Assembly (NCBI GenBank): GCA_963663225.1
Contig: OY760142.1
Span: 2,080,001 to 2,144,000 of the forward strand
Length of the DNA stretch: 64,000 bases
Direction: 5' to 3'
Source of the DNA: Nitrospirota bacterium
GTDB lineage: Bacteria; Nitrospirota; UBA9217
Program-made: the position numbers and the translations under genes
Shown: positions 52,591 to 63,222 of the stretch, one piece after another
How positions within the stretch are numbered: position 1 is the stretch's first letter
Layout of the letters: each line of letters opens with the position of its first letter
The notes under the pieces: generated by a model
Told to the model about the DNA's origin: nothing
Seen by the model: only the letters and a program-made list of their open reading frames with translations
The model's database searches: none

Positions 52591-54717
52591 TTAAAATTTG
52601 TACGCTGCGGAAAGAAACACAACGTTTGCATGATAGTTTGGATTTGCATATGCGCCTGTTAGAAATGCGCCATTGGTGCCGGTTGTTGCCGGTACGTTTA
52701 CATAGCCATCCCAGGAAGCATCGTTATACGTATAACTTTCATAAGCATATCCCAAAACCATGGTCAGCGGCTTCCAGGGAGTATATTTTAATTTTACCAT
52801 GATAGATCTCAGCGTATAGTCATCCCAAGCGCCCAGATCTATGTTGTCGTTTGTGCGCGTCCCGGCGGGTGTGCCTGCCGCAAGCGCTGCAGCATTCAAA
52901 TAGGTCAGGTCAACACTTCCATTGGATTTTGTATTATTGTATTGGACCTGCAGGGTGAGCTTTTTAGGCACGAGAAGAACCTCGGCGCTCACCCCGTACG
53001 AAAAAGTCCCGTCCTTGATTCTCGCGTCCCAGTTGTAATTGTTGGCATCCTGTGTCGCTCCGTTGGGGTCCGCTCCTGCCGCAGCTGCAAACCTTCTCTG
53101 AAATTGATAGGACCTGGTGTTTTCGTAGTCAACATAGGCATTCACTTGAATAATGGCGCCTATGGTATAGCCGGCATCCACATTTGCCACATGACTAGTG
53201 CGTCTTCTGAGACCCAGCATCGTGTCTTGATAGGCCGCAAACTTATACTTATACCCGAGATTTATATCGAGTTTGTCCAGAGGATAGATATCAAGAGAGG
53301 CTTTGTATATATCTCTGGACTGCTCCGTTGCATCGAATCTGCTGATAAATGCCGCAATGGCGTTTTCCGTGGTTTGATCAGCAGCATACATTTTATTGAG
53401 TATCCCGTGATCGGCATTTCGCTCGAGATGTTCATAGCCGACTTTGGGGATTATCAGGTCTGACCCCCGCCATTTGAGTTCGGTCGTATAGCAATTGTCT
53501 CTTGTCTCCGGAATATCTCCACGCATTCGGTCGGTTATAACGTAACGATAGGCTGTTTGCAGATGGAACTGCGAGGGGAGCTTTATTCCCAAATTGATAC
53601 CGGCGGTGTTTTTGTGATAGCTAAACAGCTGGTTTGTGAACGGAAGGCCTCCTGCGAACCCGGGGTCCGTTGTTGTTATCTGGTCTGATGCATTGTGCCG
53701 CTCATAGTACTTGTAATAAATATTTGCTGTAAGAAAAGATACCGGGTTCGAGGTCAGCATAGCCTGGTAATTCTGGGTATCTACCTGACCGTGGAACAGC
53801 GCGCTGCTCAGGGTAATTGCCTGTACGGCGGTAGATACGTATGAAGAAAAAAGATCCGCCTCTGATGTAGCTCTGGATATGGCAAAATTTACATTCAGTT
53901 TGCTGTTGAACGGTAATTGGGCACCTCCCCGGAAGGCGATTTTGTAATATTGGTTGCCTGGCGGGAGATTCATGGCATCACCGTTTGGTTGCGGCCCGAC
54001 AGGATTGTTGAAAAATAATACATGATTTGCATTGTCAAATGTGCTGTATTCGCCGCTCAAGGATGCAAAAAAAGGCTTGGTTGCATATCCGATTTCCGCG
54101 CGAACCATGTCCGTTGTATAATCCACGGGCTGGGGGAGCTCAATGGCAATTCCGCCTGGAGTCGTACCGGCGGCTGAGGTGGGTATTGTGCCGGTCCTTT
54201 CCTCACGAGAGGCTGAAATACTGAAATAGAACGGTTTTGGTAATTGGATGGTAAGGCCGCCTTCACTGGTTTTTCTCTTAATACGGTAGTCAAAGTGCGT
54301 CCATCCGGATGTGTCAGCTGTTGGCAAAGCTGAGAATGTCAGGTTGTTGCCTCCTACACCGGTATAAAAAGTTTTTGCATCGAAGGTGAAATTGTGGGGG
54401 ATTTCATCATAATCCATGTAAAATTTGAATTTTCCGTACATACCGCCATCAATCCGGTAGTGCTGTGTGTTATAGCCGATATCTGAAGCCGTACCTTGTA
54501 AAAAGAAGTCATCAGAATCAAACTTCAGACGGAAGCCCCCGTACAGGTCGTTTTTTCTGATGTCGCGGTACTCATTGAACTTCGCCTTGTCCCCGGATTC
54601 GTTTGCAACGACGCCGGTGGCATTCATTTCTCCTTCAAATGTGCCGTCTGCTGCTAAAGCGGGGAAGGCCTGCAGAAAGATCATCCCCAACGTCAAAAGA
54701 ATTCGTTTTGACTTCAT
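52591..54717 (-). CDS. mtrB: MtrB/PioB family decaheme-associated outer-membrane porin
   Basis: Signal peptide, AKFNEYRD, PQPVDYTT, LPPGNQY, C-terminal YKF; 12 bp downstream of the decaheme cytochrome. Confidence 0.85.
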   Translation of the reverse strand: MKSKRILLTLGMIFLQAFPALAADGTFEGEMNATGVVANESGDKAKFNEYRDIRKNDLYGGFRLKFDSDDFFLQGTASDIGYNTQHYRIDGGMYGKFKFYMDYDEIPHNFTFDAKTFYTGVGGNNLTFSALPTADTSGWTHFDYRIKRKTSEGGLTIQLPKPFYFSISASREERTGTIPTSAAGTTPGGIAIELPQPVDYTTDMVRAEIGYATKPFFASLSGEYSTFDNANHVLFFNNPVGPQPNGDAMNLPPGNQYYKIAFRGGAQLPFNSKLNVNFAISRATSEADLFSSYVSTAVQAITLSSALFHGQVDTQNYQAMLTSNPVSFLTANIYYKYYERHNASDQITTTDPGFAGGLPFTNQLFSYHKNTAGINLGIKLPSQFHLQTAYRYVITDRMRGDIPETRDNCYTTELKWRGSDLIIPKVGYEHLERNADHGILNKMYAADQTTENAIAAFISRFDATEQSRDIYKASLDIYPLDKLDINLGYKYKFAAYQDTMLGLRRRTSHVANVDAGYTIGAIIQVNAYVDYENTRSYQFQRRFAAAAGADPNGATQDANNYNWDARIKDGTFSYGVSAEVLLVPKKLTLQVQYNNTKSNGSVDLTYLNAAALAAGTPAGTRTNDNIDLGAWDDYTLRSIMVKLKYTPWKPLTMVLGYAYESYTYNDASWDGYVNVPATTGTNGAFLTGAYANPNYHANVVFLSAAYKF

Positions 54718-54729
54718 GGCGCGTTCCCC

Positions 54730-55719
54730 CTATCTCACAAAATGCAGTCCCCGTGCAGAAGGACCATTGCTGCCGTGGATCGTCGAATGACAGTTCAGGC
54801 AGCTTCGTGCAATCAGCCTGTTTTTTCCGCTGGTTGCCGCTCCGGAAAATGTTTCAAATGACGTGTACGGCGTACTCGGGTGCTGGGTCCACTCATGGCA
54901 ACTCTGGCAGAGCTGAGGCGTTCTGGATGTCAGCAGTTTTGAATGGTTGCTGCCGTGAGGCGTATGACAATTCAGGCAGTTCTCCTCCACGGGCGGATGC
55001 TCCCACATAAAGGGGCCTCTTTTTTCCGCATGACACTTGTAGCAAAGTTCATTTACAGAATCAGCCTTTACCATTTTTTCACCGAAGTCTCCATGCGTAT
55101 TGTGACAACTCGAGCACATAATTTTGCCTTCTTTGATAGGATGATGCGATTGTCTGAACGATTGTGCCCTAACGTCTTTATGGCATTCGAAGCACAGAGT
55201 TGCCTGGTCAGCTTTGAGGTATTTCGGATTGCGTCCGTGTACCGTATGACAATCATTGCATGGCACATTTTCATTTTTGTGCCTGCTCATATTCCAGGAC
55301 GCCAGGTTTTTTGTCTCTTCATGGCAGGACAGGCATTTAGCAGATTTTGCCTGCGGGTCCGTTTTCCTGCCGAAGTCGAATATATCCACTCCGCGTCCGC
55401 CGCCTTTTTCCACATGTTTTGCACCAGGGCCATGGCAGGTTTCGCAGGCTTCCTTGTACTCCGGCCCCTGTACATCTTTCTTTGCGTGGATTGTTCTGGC
55501 GTAACTTGCATACTGGTTTTCATGACATCCCTTGCAGGTTGCAGCTCCAATGTATTCTTTCTGATTGTCCGCTATTGCGGTTTTAGGGGCAGCAGCACCG
55601 GTTTGAGCAAGAATAACGGCAGAGGCGGCAGATACCGTCATGGTATTACTGAGTGCCAGGCTAAGCGAGAGCAACAATCCAGAAAAAAACAAGAACAGAA
55701 AAATACGTTTGTCCCCCAT
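54730..55719 (-). CDS. mtrA: DmsE/MtrA family decaheme c-type cytochrome
   Basis: Ten CxxCH motifs counted; HAEKRGPFMWEHPPV, PHGS, IHGSN signatures. Confidence 0.92.
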   Translation of the reverse strand: MGDKRIFLFLFFSGLLLSLSLALSNTMTVSAASAVILAQTGAAAPKTAIADNQKEYIGAATCKGCHENQYASYARTIHAKKDVQGPEYKEACETCHGPGAKHVEKGGGRGVDIFDFGRKTDPQAKSAKCLSCHEETKNLASWNMSRHKNENVPCNDCHTVHGRNPKYLKADQATLCFECHKDVRAQSFRQSHHPIKEGKIMCSSCHNTHGDFGEKMVKADSVNELCYKCHAEKRGPFMWEHPPVEENCLNCHTPHGSNHSKLLTSRTPQLCQSCHEWTQHPSTPYTSFETFSGAATSGKNRLIARSCLNCHSTIHGSNGPSARGLHFVR

Positions 55720-55764
55720 GGAATGCCTCCTCAGGAACGTAATCAAAAATAAAAAGTCGTCTTC

Positions 55765-56592
55765 TTACTGTTTTACCATGACCAGGCGAAAGCCGAGCGC
55801 TGGATGACCGAATGCGGGGCTGAGCCCTACACGATGAGAGCTCCGTACTCCGAGAGGTCCGTTGCTCCAGCCACCGCCGCGCATTACCCGGTATTCACCG
55901 GATCCTTCATACACGGGATTGTTTTTGGAAAGCCTCGTGTATGCTCCGCTGTTGTAAACATCTTCACACCATTCCCATACATTGCCGAGCATGTCGTAAA
56001 TGCCGTAGCCGTTCGGTTTAAAGCTGCCTACAGGGGCCGAGACGGCGTAGCCGTCATCGCAAACGTGGACGGTCCACCGGGGCCAGCGTTTTTTTGCCGT
56101 CAGGTCCGCTACATTCGCGAATGCGCAGGCATCATCGGAGTTATTGCCCCAGAACCTGCTGGTCTTCGTGCCTGCCCGTGCAGCATATTCCCATTCAGCT
56201 TCCGTAGGAAGCCGGTATGCAAGACCTGTTTTTTTCGACAGCCATTTTGCAAAAACAACAGCATCTTCCCAGGAGACATTAACAACAGGCTGCTGCTCTC
56301 CGTTCAGTGTCAAATTCTCGTATTTTCCGCTGTTGTGTTCCGGCTTGAATTTCTTGAATTGAGCGTTGGTAATTTCATATCTCCCGATATAAAAATCACC
56401 AACGCATGTTTCATGGGTCGGTTTTTCATTTGCGTCGCCCTCTCCGGATATATCGCCCATTTCAAAACATCCCCCTTTGATAAATACCATATCTATATCC
56501 GACTGATTTGTTTCTGGGTGGGCCGTTGAAATAAGAAAGAAGTTTATGCTGAGAGGAATTGAAAGGATGAGCCATTTCCAATGGATGGACAT
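55765..56592 (-). CDS. Exported FGE/SUMF1-fold protein
   Basis: Signal peptide, GGCFEMG, RLPTEAEWEYAAR, YDMLGNVWEW, RGGGW, GFRLV. Confidence 0.88.
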   Translation of the reverse strand: MSIHWKWLILSIPLSINFFLISTAHPETNQSDIDMVFIKGGCFEMGDISGEGDANEKPTHETCVGDFYIGRYEITNAQFKKFKPEHNSGKYENLTLNGEQQPVVNVSWEDAVVFAKWLSKKTGLAYRLPTEAEWEYAARAGTKTSRFWGNNSDDACAFANVADLTAKKRWPRWTVHVCDDGYAVSAPVGSFKPNGYGIYDMLGNVWEWCEDVYNSGAYTRLSKNNPVYEGSGEYRVMRGGGWSNGPLGVRSSHRVGLSPAFGHPALGFRLVMVKQ

Positions 56593-56997
56593 GTCTAGCC
56601 TCCTTATTCGGTAAATACTTTTCCGGCAGTTGCTCCTTTAGTATGCGAAAAGCCCTGGAGATTTATACCTGAGCCTCTTATTGAAGAAAAGATTGATTCG
56701 TGTCGTGATTAAACTGCAGCAATTGCTGTAATTTCTAATTAGTATATCAAAAAAAGAATTTTTTTAACGTCAAGTACCGCAAAAAAGTAACTTATGCTCA
56801 GCGAGCATTGTTTCTGCACTTTATAAGGAATTCTCTTCGTTGAGAATATGATAGTGAGGAAGAAAGTTGCGGAGGATGTTAACTGCAGTTTTACGACAGG
56901 TACAGCAGCTTTGTCGATTCTGGTCCGGTTATAAGTTCAGGTCTCTGGGTTTTTAAACTTTTTTATTTGGAAGAGATGTGACAAAAAATTAACCGAG

Positions 56998-57543
56998 CTA
57001 CTCTCTCTGAAGAACAATCGGAAGTTGTGCTTTATCGTGCAAGGCATCCAGCGCCCGGTTTCCGAACAACTCCACGCCCAGGTCTTCCTTTCCAACCATT
57101 TCCTCGATATCAATTCTGATGACTTCCGTGAGCTGCAGTTTGTCTTCAGGAAACTCTGCGCAGAAACCATCCGACTGGTATTTTTGCATGAGTTGCGTGA
57201 GCGCGTATATCCTCTCAGATTCGTCATGAACGATATGTGCTTTGCCTCTGATGATCACGCTTTGGTAAAGGTAGTGGGCCTTGCAGGGGCTCCCGTTGCT
57301 CCTGACGAGCGCGATGGGCAGATCCACCTCGAAACATACGTGATTATTTCGATTGATGTCATCTATTTTTTCTCCGGCGCGGGCGCTGTGGAAGAAGATT
57401 TTTTCATCCTGATACGCGAAGTTAAGCGGCTTTATCCTAGGATAACCGTCTCTACCTGTGGTCCCTAATCTGCCGACAGGGCAGGTATTCAGCAAGGCAA
57501 TCATGGTTTCCTTTGTTTTGATTTCCTTTTTCGCCTGTCTCAA
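56998..57543 (-). CDS. Pyridoxamine 5'-phosphate oxidase family (NimA-like flavin-binding) protein
   Basis: VGRLG, FFHSARAGEK, VCFEVD, YQSVIIRG. Confidence 0.82.
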   Translation of the reverse strand: MRQAKKEIKTKETMIALLNTCPVGRLGTTGRDGYPRIKPLNFAYQDEKIFFHSARAGEKIDDINRNNHVCFEVDLPIALVRSNGSPCKAHYLYQSVIIRGKAHIVHDESERIYALTQLMQKYQSDGFCAEFPEDKLQLTEVIRIDIEEMVGKEDLGVELFGNRALDALHDKAQLPIVLQRE

Positions 57544-57798
57544 TGATTACCTCCTTCACAGAAAAACCATGGTCTGTCCTGCGTAATCCAGCAAAACTAT
57601 AGATCAGTTTACGGGACCGGTCAAGCTGATTTCGGTCCAACCCCGGATGTGCTTGGCTTTTTATTCCGTATCGAGTTGCGAATATTCCTATATCAAGAAG
57701 TGATCTGCTGAAAAATAAATGCAAATAAATCATATTCGCTCTTGCCAAAACGATGACCGGAGATTTATAATATTCCGGTTATTTGACTTTCGGGAGGG

Positions 57799-58800
57799 GT
57801 GTGCATCGTGAATGCAGTTGCTCTTATTTCCGGCGGCTTGGACAGCATTCTTGCGGCAAAGGTCGTCATGGAGCAGGGGTTTTCGGTAACCGGACTTTAT
57901 TGTACGTCGGTTTTTTCGAAAAGCTTCGGCAATGAAACTGAAACCCATGCTGTTCGCGTCTCGAAGGCAATCGGGCTTGACCTCCGCATTATTACGATGG
58001 GGCAGGATTATGTTGATCTTATTCGGAGCCCGATGCACGGGTACGGTAAAAATGTGAACCCCTGCATCGACTGCAAGATATTCATGCTGAAAAAGGCCAA
58101 GGAAGTCATGCAAGAGCTGGATGCGCCCTTTGTTATAACCGGAGAGGTTCTGGGGCAGAGGCCCATGTCCCAGCGCCGCGACGCCCTGCATATCATTGAA
58201 CGTGACGCGGACATGCGGGGCATGGTGCTCCGTCCTCTTTCCGCCACGCTTCTTCCCCCGACAAAAGCCGAACATCAGGGCATCATTAGCCGCGAAAAGC
58301 TTCTCGGAATCAGCGGCCGGTCACGGAGCGTGCAACTCCAGCTTGCCGAACGATATGGAATCCGGGGGTTTGCCACGCCTGCCGGCGGGTGTCTTCTCAC
58401 CGACAAAAATTTTTCCGACAAATTGCGCGATCTTTTCGCCGACAAACAGGAGGTCGCCGAAAGCGATATCCGTCTGCTGACCGTGGGGCGCCACTATCGC
58501 ATGGACACGGGTGTAAAGATCGTCCTCGGCCGGGACAACAACGAAAATAATCTGCTGATGTCGCTTGCCCCGAATGGTTATCATCTCTTTACTCCGCACG
58601 GTTTCCCCGGGCCCGTGGCCTTGCTGAGCGGCGAACCATCTCAGGATTTAAAGCAGACAGTAGGGCGGCTTATTATTACATACAGTAAGCACATTCCCGG
58701 GCGCACCTATAACATCCAGTACGGCAATGAGATCTTCAACCCTGGAGAACCGCTGCCGATCAATGATACCCGGCTTCGGCGGCTCGGCACGGACGCTTAA
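57799..58800 (+). CDS. PP-loop tRNA thiolation-type enzyme (ThiI/MnmA-like)
   Basis: SGGLDS, NPCIDCK, TGEVLGQRPMSQ, PAGGCLLT, GRHYR. Confidence 0.8.
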   Translation: MCIVNAVALISGGLDSILAAKVVMEQGFSVTGLYCTSVFSKSFGNETETHAVRVSKAIGLDLRIITMGQDYVDLIRSPMHGYGKNVNPCIDCKIFMLKKAKEVMQELDAPFVITGEVLGQRPMSQRRDALHIIERDADMRGMVLRPLSATLLPPTKAEHQGIISREKLLGISGRSRSVQLQLAERYGIRGFATPAGGCLLTDKNFSDKLRDLFADKQEVAESDIRLLTVGRHYRMDTGVKIVLGRDNNENNLLMSLAPNGYHLFTPHGFPGPVALLSGEPSQDLKQTVGRLIITYSKHIPGRTYNIQYGNEIFNPGEPLPINDTRLRRLGTDA

Positions 58801-58945
58801 AAATCACCCAGTGCAGTGAAAACCCCGCTCTCCGTCCATCCCGGCACATACCTTTTCCATAGTCCTTATAATACCTGAGAACCGTGATACAATAATAATT
58901 ATCGAACGTTCCGTCTTGCATTCTATCTTCTTCAACGAGGCCCGT

Positions 58946-60031
58946 ATGCCGCAGATTGGCATCAAGGCAGTGGAGAAATATTTAGAATCCTATTATGCAA
59001 AATCCGTGCATCTGCTTTCCATGACGGCAAAAGGAGGGCAGGCAACTCCGGGTGATCTCAAAACATTCGGATATGGTTTTCCGCTCTTTCTGGAATATGA
59101 AGTGTCCGGCGAACGAAAAAAAGCCGTACTCGAAACCATGGAACCATCGTCATACGGACACGATCATTTCTCGGACAGGGCCCAGTCCATTCTGTGGGAG
59201 CACTCCGCGTTTAACAACCTTCCCCGCCACGTCCGGTCTCTTGACTGCGGCGCATTTCTGCCTTCCGGAGAAATCATCTCCACAGGCCGCGCCCAGGAGT
59301 TTTTTCTCCTCACCGAATTCGCCGAAGGAGAGATATATTGTAAGGATCTCGACCGCATCGGACGCACAAATATCGCCTCAGAGCAGGACTGCAAAAGAGT
59401 GCTTGCGCTTTCGGATTACCTCGCGGAAATTCATAGCCTAAAAAACGGCACTCCCGGGCTTTACACGAGACGCATACGGGAACTTCTGGGGCACGGAGAG
59501 TGCATCATGGGCCTGATCGATAACTATCCGCAAATGTTTGAATTCATTGATCAATCGCTTCTTCGTACGGTCGAACTGGCCTGCGTGGACTGGCGCTGGC
59601 GCATCAAACATCGTACCCATCGCCTTAGCCGCGTTCATGGAGATTTCCATCCCTGGAACATTCTGTTCAGGGAAGATGTGGATTTTACGGTCCTCGACCG
59701 TTCCCGCGGAGAATGGGGCGACCCCGCGGACGACGTGACGAGCCTCTCCATTAATTATCTTTTTTCCTCACTGGTACGTTCAGGAACGTTCGAAGGTCCC
59801 TTGAGAAAAATGTTTGATCTTTTCTGGAAGAACTATCTTGATAAATCACAAGACCATGAGATATGCGAGGTCGTCGCTCCGTTTTATGCCTGGCGCGGAT
59901 TGGTGATTGCGAGTCCCGGCTGGTATCCACATCTTCCGGACGGCGTGCGCAGGTTTCTTTTTAATTTTATAAGGAATGTACTCACGTCTGATCGCTTTGA
60001 TCCTCAGGACATGGACAGGTACCTTGTATGA
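58946..60031 (+). CDS. Aminoglycoside phosphotransferase (APH)-like kinase
   Basis: Brenner motif HGDFHPWN, then VLDRS...GDPADD. Confidence 0.8.
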   Translation: MPQIGIKAVEKYLESYYAKSVHLLSMTAKGGQATPGDLKTFGYGFPLFLEYEVSGERKKAVLETMEPSSYGHDHFSDRAQSILWEHSAFNNLPRHVRSLDCGAFLPSGEIISTGRAQEFFLLTEFAEGEIYCKDLDRIGRTNIASEQDCKRVLALSDYLAEIHSLKNGTPGLYTRRIRELLGHGECIMGLIDNYPQMFEFIDQSLLRTVELACVDWRWRIKHRTHRLSRVHGDFHPWNILFREDVDFTVLDRSRGEWGDPADDVTSLSINYLFSSLVRSGTFEGPLRKMFDLFWKNYLDKSQDHEICEVVAPFYAWRGLVIASPGWYPHLPDGVRRFLFNFIRNVLTSDRFDPQDMDRYLV

Positions 60032-60555
60032 ACGCTGTGCCGGCTTTCGCAGTATGGATAACAGGCCTCCCCGCGTCAGGAAAAACCTCGATAACCCGGG
60101 AAGTCATGAAGGAGCTGGAAAGGTCAGGGATTCATGCAGTCGTGCTTGAGTCGGATGAGATGAGACGCATCCTTACGCCTGAGCCGACCTACCGTGAAGA
60201 GGAGCGCGACTGGTTCTATACCAAGCTTGCCCAGATCGGTTCCCTGATTGTCAGGCAGGGGATTCCTGTTGTGTACGACGCTACCGCGAACAAACGATTG
60301 TATCGCGATTATGCACGATCACAGATCCCGAAATTTATAGAAGTTTTTGTACGATGCCCGCTTACTGTATGCGTGGAACGGGATCCAAAAGGGATATACC
60401 GGGATGCGGCAGCTGGAAAAAACAGCGCTGTACCGGGCCTGCAAACAGCCTATGAGCAACCCGGCAGCACGGAAGTAGTGCTGGACGGACAGAGCCCACC
60501 TGAGGGAAACGCCCTTCTTGTTCTGCAGAAATTGAAAACACTGCACTACATCTGA
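60028..60555 (+). CDS. Adenylyl-sulfate kinase-like P-loop kinase
   Basis: WITGLPASGKT, RDPKGIY, YEQP; ATGA overlap with the APH gene. Confidence 0.78.
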   Translation: MNAVPAFAVWITGLPASGKTSITREVMKELERSGIHAVVLESDEMRRILTPEPTYREEERDWFYTKLAQIGSLIVRQGIPVVYDATANKRLYRDYARSQIPKFIEVFVRCPLTVCVERDPKGIYRDAAAGKNSAVPGLQTAYEQPGSTEVVLDGQSPPEGNALLVLQKLKTLHYI

Positions 60556-60594
60556 TGCCTGAATCCGTTTCCGTTCACGATGGTATCATGGCAT

Positions 60595-60629
60595 AAAAAA
60601 AGCCGTTCCCTGTAGAGAACAGCTTTTTC
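60595..60629. terminator. Bidirectional terminator between convergent genes
   Basis: AAAAAAAGCCGTTC...GAACAGCTTTTT. Confidence 0.65.
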
Positions 60630-60653
60630 TGCTTCCGACTTTTGGCTTCTCCG

Positions 60654-62015
60654 CTATACGTATTCCCTGAGAAGCTTGCTTCTCACGGGATGACGCAGTT
60701 TTTTGAGCGCTTTAATCTCGATCTGCCTGATCCTCTCCCGGGTAAGATTGAAATATTTCCCGACTTCTTCCAGCGTGTGCTCACTGCCTACCCCGATGCC
60801 GAACCGCATTCGGATGATTTTTTCTTCCCGCTCGGTAAGCGACGAGAGGACCTCCTCAATCCTTCCTGTAACTTCCCGATTTTCAAGGACCTTGAACGGA
60901 GAAGCCGATTTTTCGTCGATGATCACATCTTTCAGCTCTTTTTCCTCGGAAAGAATCGGCGTCTCCAGTGATACCGGCTCCTGGATCGCGCGCAGAATTT
61001 CGTTTACCCGCGCAGGGGACAGCCCCATGATTTTTGATACTTCCTCGGGAGAAGGTTCCCTGCCTTTCTCGCGCATAAATTTGGTGAAAATCCTGCTGAT
61101 GCGGGTGCTTTCCTCGATCAGGTGCACCGGCAATCGGATGGTGCGCGCCTGGTCCAGGATCGCGCGGGTGATCCGCTGCCTGATCCACCATGTGGAATAG
61201 GTGCTGAATTTGGTCCCTTTTCCGGACTCGTACCGGTCGGCCGCTTTCATGAGCCCGATGTTGCCTTCCTGGATCAGATCGAGGAGCGTCAAGCCCCGGT
61301 TCACATATTTCTTTGCTATGGACACCACAAGTCTCAGGTTGGCAGTGACCAGTTCATCCTTTGCAAACTTGACTTTTATCTCCTCCTGCTCGATTTGCCG
61401 GGCCATCTCACGCACGGCAGGTTCATCAAGTCCGAGTTTCACCATTTCCGTGGTGATGCCGCGTTCCACCTGCTTGCTTATGAACACAAGCTTTTTGAGC
61501 ATTTTTTCGATTTCGCGGAAGGAGAGGCTCATTTGCTTGACCGTGGCGTAGGAGCGTTCCATATCGCGTTTCGCTACCTGCCGTTTGAGCCGGTTGTACA
61601 GACGCATGAAGTCTGCTTCATATGCATCCTTCCATTCGCCGGGGTAGCGGAGAACGTCCTGGGCCTTTACCAGTCCCTGTTTTATGTTTTCGCCGAGAGC
61701 AAGCACGCGGGGAATGGCAAGCGGAGAACTGAGCGCGATTTCCTTGAGAACTGCTTTTCCTTCCTCGAGTTGACGAACGTACTCCTGCTCTTCATCGATC
61801 TTGAGCATGGAGAACTTGCCTGCGGATTTCAGGTAGGTATCAATAAGGTCCGCGCCGGCGGCGACTTCCTCTACGGCTTCCTTGCTTTCCGCTGTCGCAG
61901 CATCCTGCTCTTCGTCTTCTTCGGCGGTTTCCTCGGTGATCTCGTCCTCAAGCACATCTTCGGGGATTCCCTCGGAAAACCCATCTTTTTCCTGTGATAA
62001 TGCGGTTTTGTTCAT
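60654..62015 (-). CDS. RNA polymerase sigma-70 factor, RpoD-like paralog
   Basis: [46 protein letters not shown]. Confidence 0.92.
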   Translation of the reverse strand: MNKTALSQEKDGFSEGIPEDVLEDEITEETAEEDEEQDAATAESKEAVEEVAAGADLIDTYLKSAGKFSMLKIDEEQEYVRQLEEGKAVLKEIALSSPLAIPRVLALGENIKQGLVKAQDVLRYPGEWKDAYEADFMRLYNRLKRQVAKRDMERSYATVKQMSLSFREIEKMLKKLVFISKQVERGITTEMVKLGLDEPAVREMARQIEQEEIKVKFAKDELVTANLRLVVSIAKKYVNRGLTLLDLIQEGNIGLMKAADRYESGKGTKFSTYSTWWIRQRITRAILDQARTIRLPVHLIEESTRISRIFTKFMREKGREPSPEEVSKIMGLSPARVNEILRAIQEPVSLETPILSEEKELKDVIIDEKSASPFKVLENREVTGRIEEVLSSLTEREEKIIRMRFGIGVGSEHTLEEVGKYFNLTRERIRQIEIKALKKLRHPVRSKLLREYV

Positions 62016-62532
62016 TGCAATCTGCCTTTCATCTCTTCTTTTTCGATTATAGCAAAAACAAAAATTGTGTCAAACATTAACTTTCAGGCGGCGCTTGCCC
62101 TGTCTGCGATGCATAGAGTTTCCTTGAAAATAAGATGTTTCTTCATGTTTTGCAGGTACAGAAACGTACTTTCCTCCTGTGCCGTCATAACGAGGTGCGT
62201 ACAGCCCGGTTATTTTAGGTCTGCCGCAGCAGAAAGTGAGGCGGTACCTGCTTTTTCTTTTAAAAGACGATATGGGAATAACTGCTCCGCATAATCTTAT
62301 CGGCAGAGTGTCCTTTTTCCTTTATTTTTTTCTGTCATCCAGATGCAGGCATTTTACTCCACTATTTTTTCCCCGCCATGTTTTGTATAATCGGTGGAAG
62401 CGAAACAGTAAGTAAAAACAAAAAGCTGCACAAAAGCGAATTCTTTCGGCGATAGGCCAGCCGGTTCCTTGAAAAAGGACCTTACACTTGTTAAAATAAT
62501 AACAGGAGAGGTACGGCAAGGAGGTGTTCGAC

Positions 62533-63093
62533 ATGAAAAATGAAGCCTTGCTGATTATTGATATGCTGAATGATTTTGTCCGCCCAGGCGCACCGCTGGA
62601 AGTCCCGGACGCGCGCATGATGATCCCGGTGCTCAGGCGTGAAATCGACCGGGCCAGGACCGCCGGGATGCCTATCCTGTATCTGTGCGACAACCATGTC
62701 CGGAATGACAAGGAATTCACGCGATTCGGCTGGCCGGAGCATGCGGTGCAGGGTACGAGAGGCGCGGAAGTCGTCGCAGAGCTGAAGCCCGCGCCGAGCG
62801 ATATTACGATTCTGAAAGACTCTTATTCCGCTTTTTTCGGCACAAGGCTGGATGAAGTGCTGAAAAAACTGCATGTGGATTCCCTGCGGATCACGGGTTG
62901 CGTGACGAATATTTGCGTCCTGTTTACAACGGCAGACGCTGTTCAGAGAGGATATACTATTACTATTGTTGAAGATGGCGTGGCAGGGCTCGCAAAAGAA
63001 GATCACGATGCCGCGCTCCGGATCATGAAGAATGTTCTCAAAGCGGCTCTTGTGAAATCGGGGACAAATGCAGCAGATATAAAAGCCGCCTAG
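62533..63093 (+). CDS. pncA: Nicotinamidase / isochorismatase-family cysteine hydrolase
   Basis: IIDMLNDF, WPEHAV, KDSYSAF, TNICV; upstream of pncB. Confidence 0.8.
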   Translation: MKNEALLIIDMLNDFVRPGAPLEVPDARMMIPVLRREIDRARTAGMPILYLCDNHVRNDKEFTRFGWPEHAVQGTRGAEVVAELKPAPSDITILKDSYSAFFGTRLDEVLKKLHVDSLRITGCVTNICVLFTTADAVQRGYTITIVEDGVAGLAKEDHDAALRIMKNVLKAALVKSGTNAADIKAA

Positions 63094-63222
63094 GACGGTG
63101 TCCCGGGAAATTGCGTAAGGGAGAACTAGCATTATGCGTTCCGGCCGTAATGAAGACACGTGTTGCAGTCTCAGTTTTGCCGTGTTTTTTTGTGCTGCAA
63201 TGCATAGTAGGCAGGAGGTTCC

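Noticed and set aside
62280-62520. NAD or c-di-GMP riboswitch upstream of pncA
   Set aside because: Only short stems; no convincing consensus
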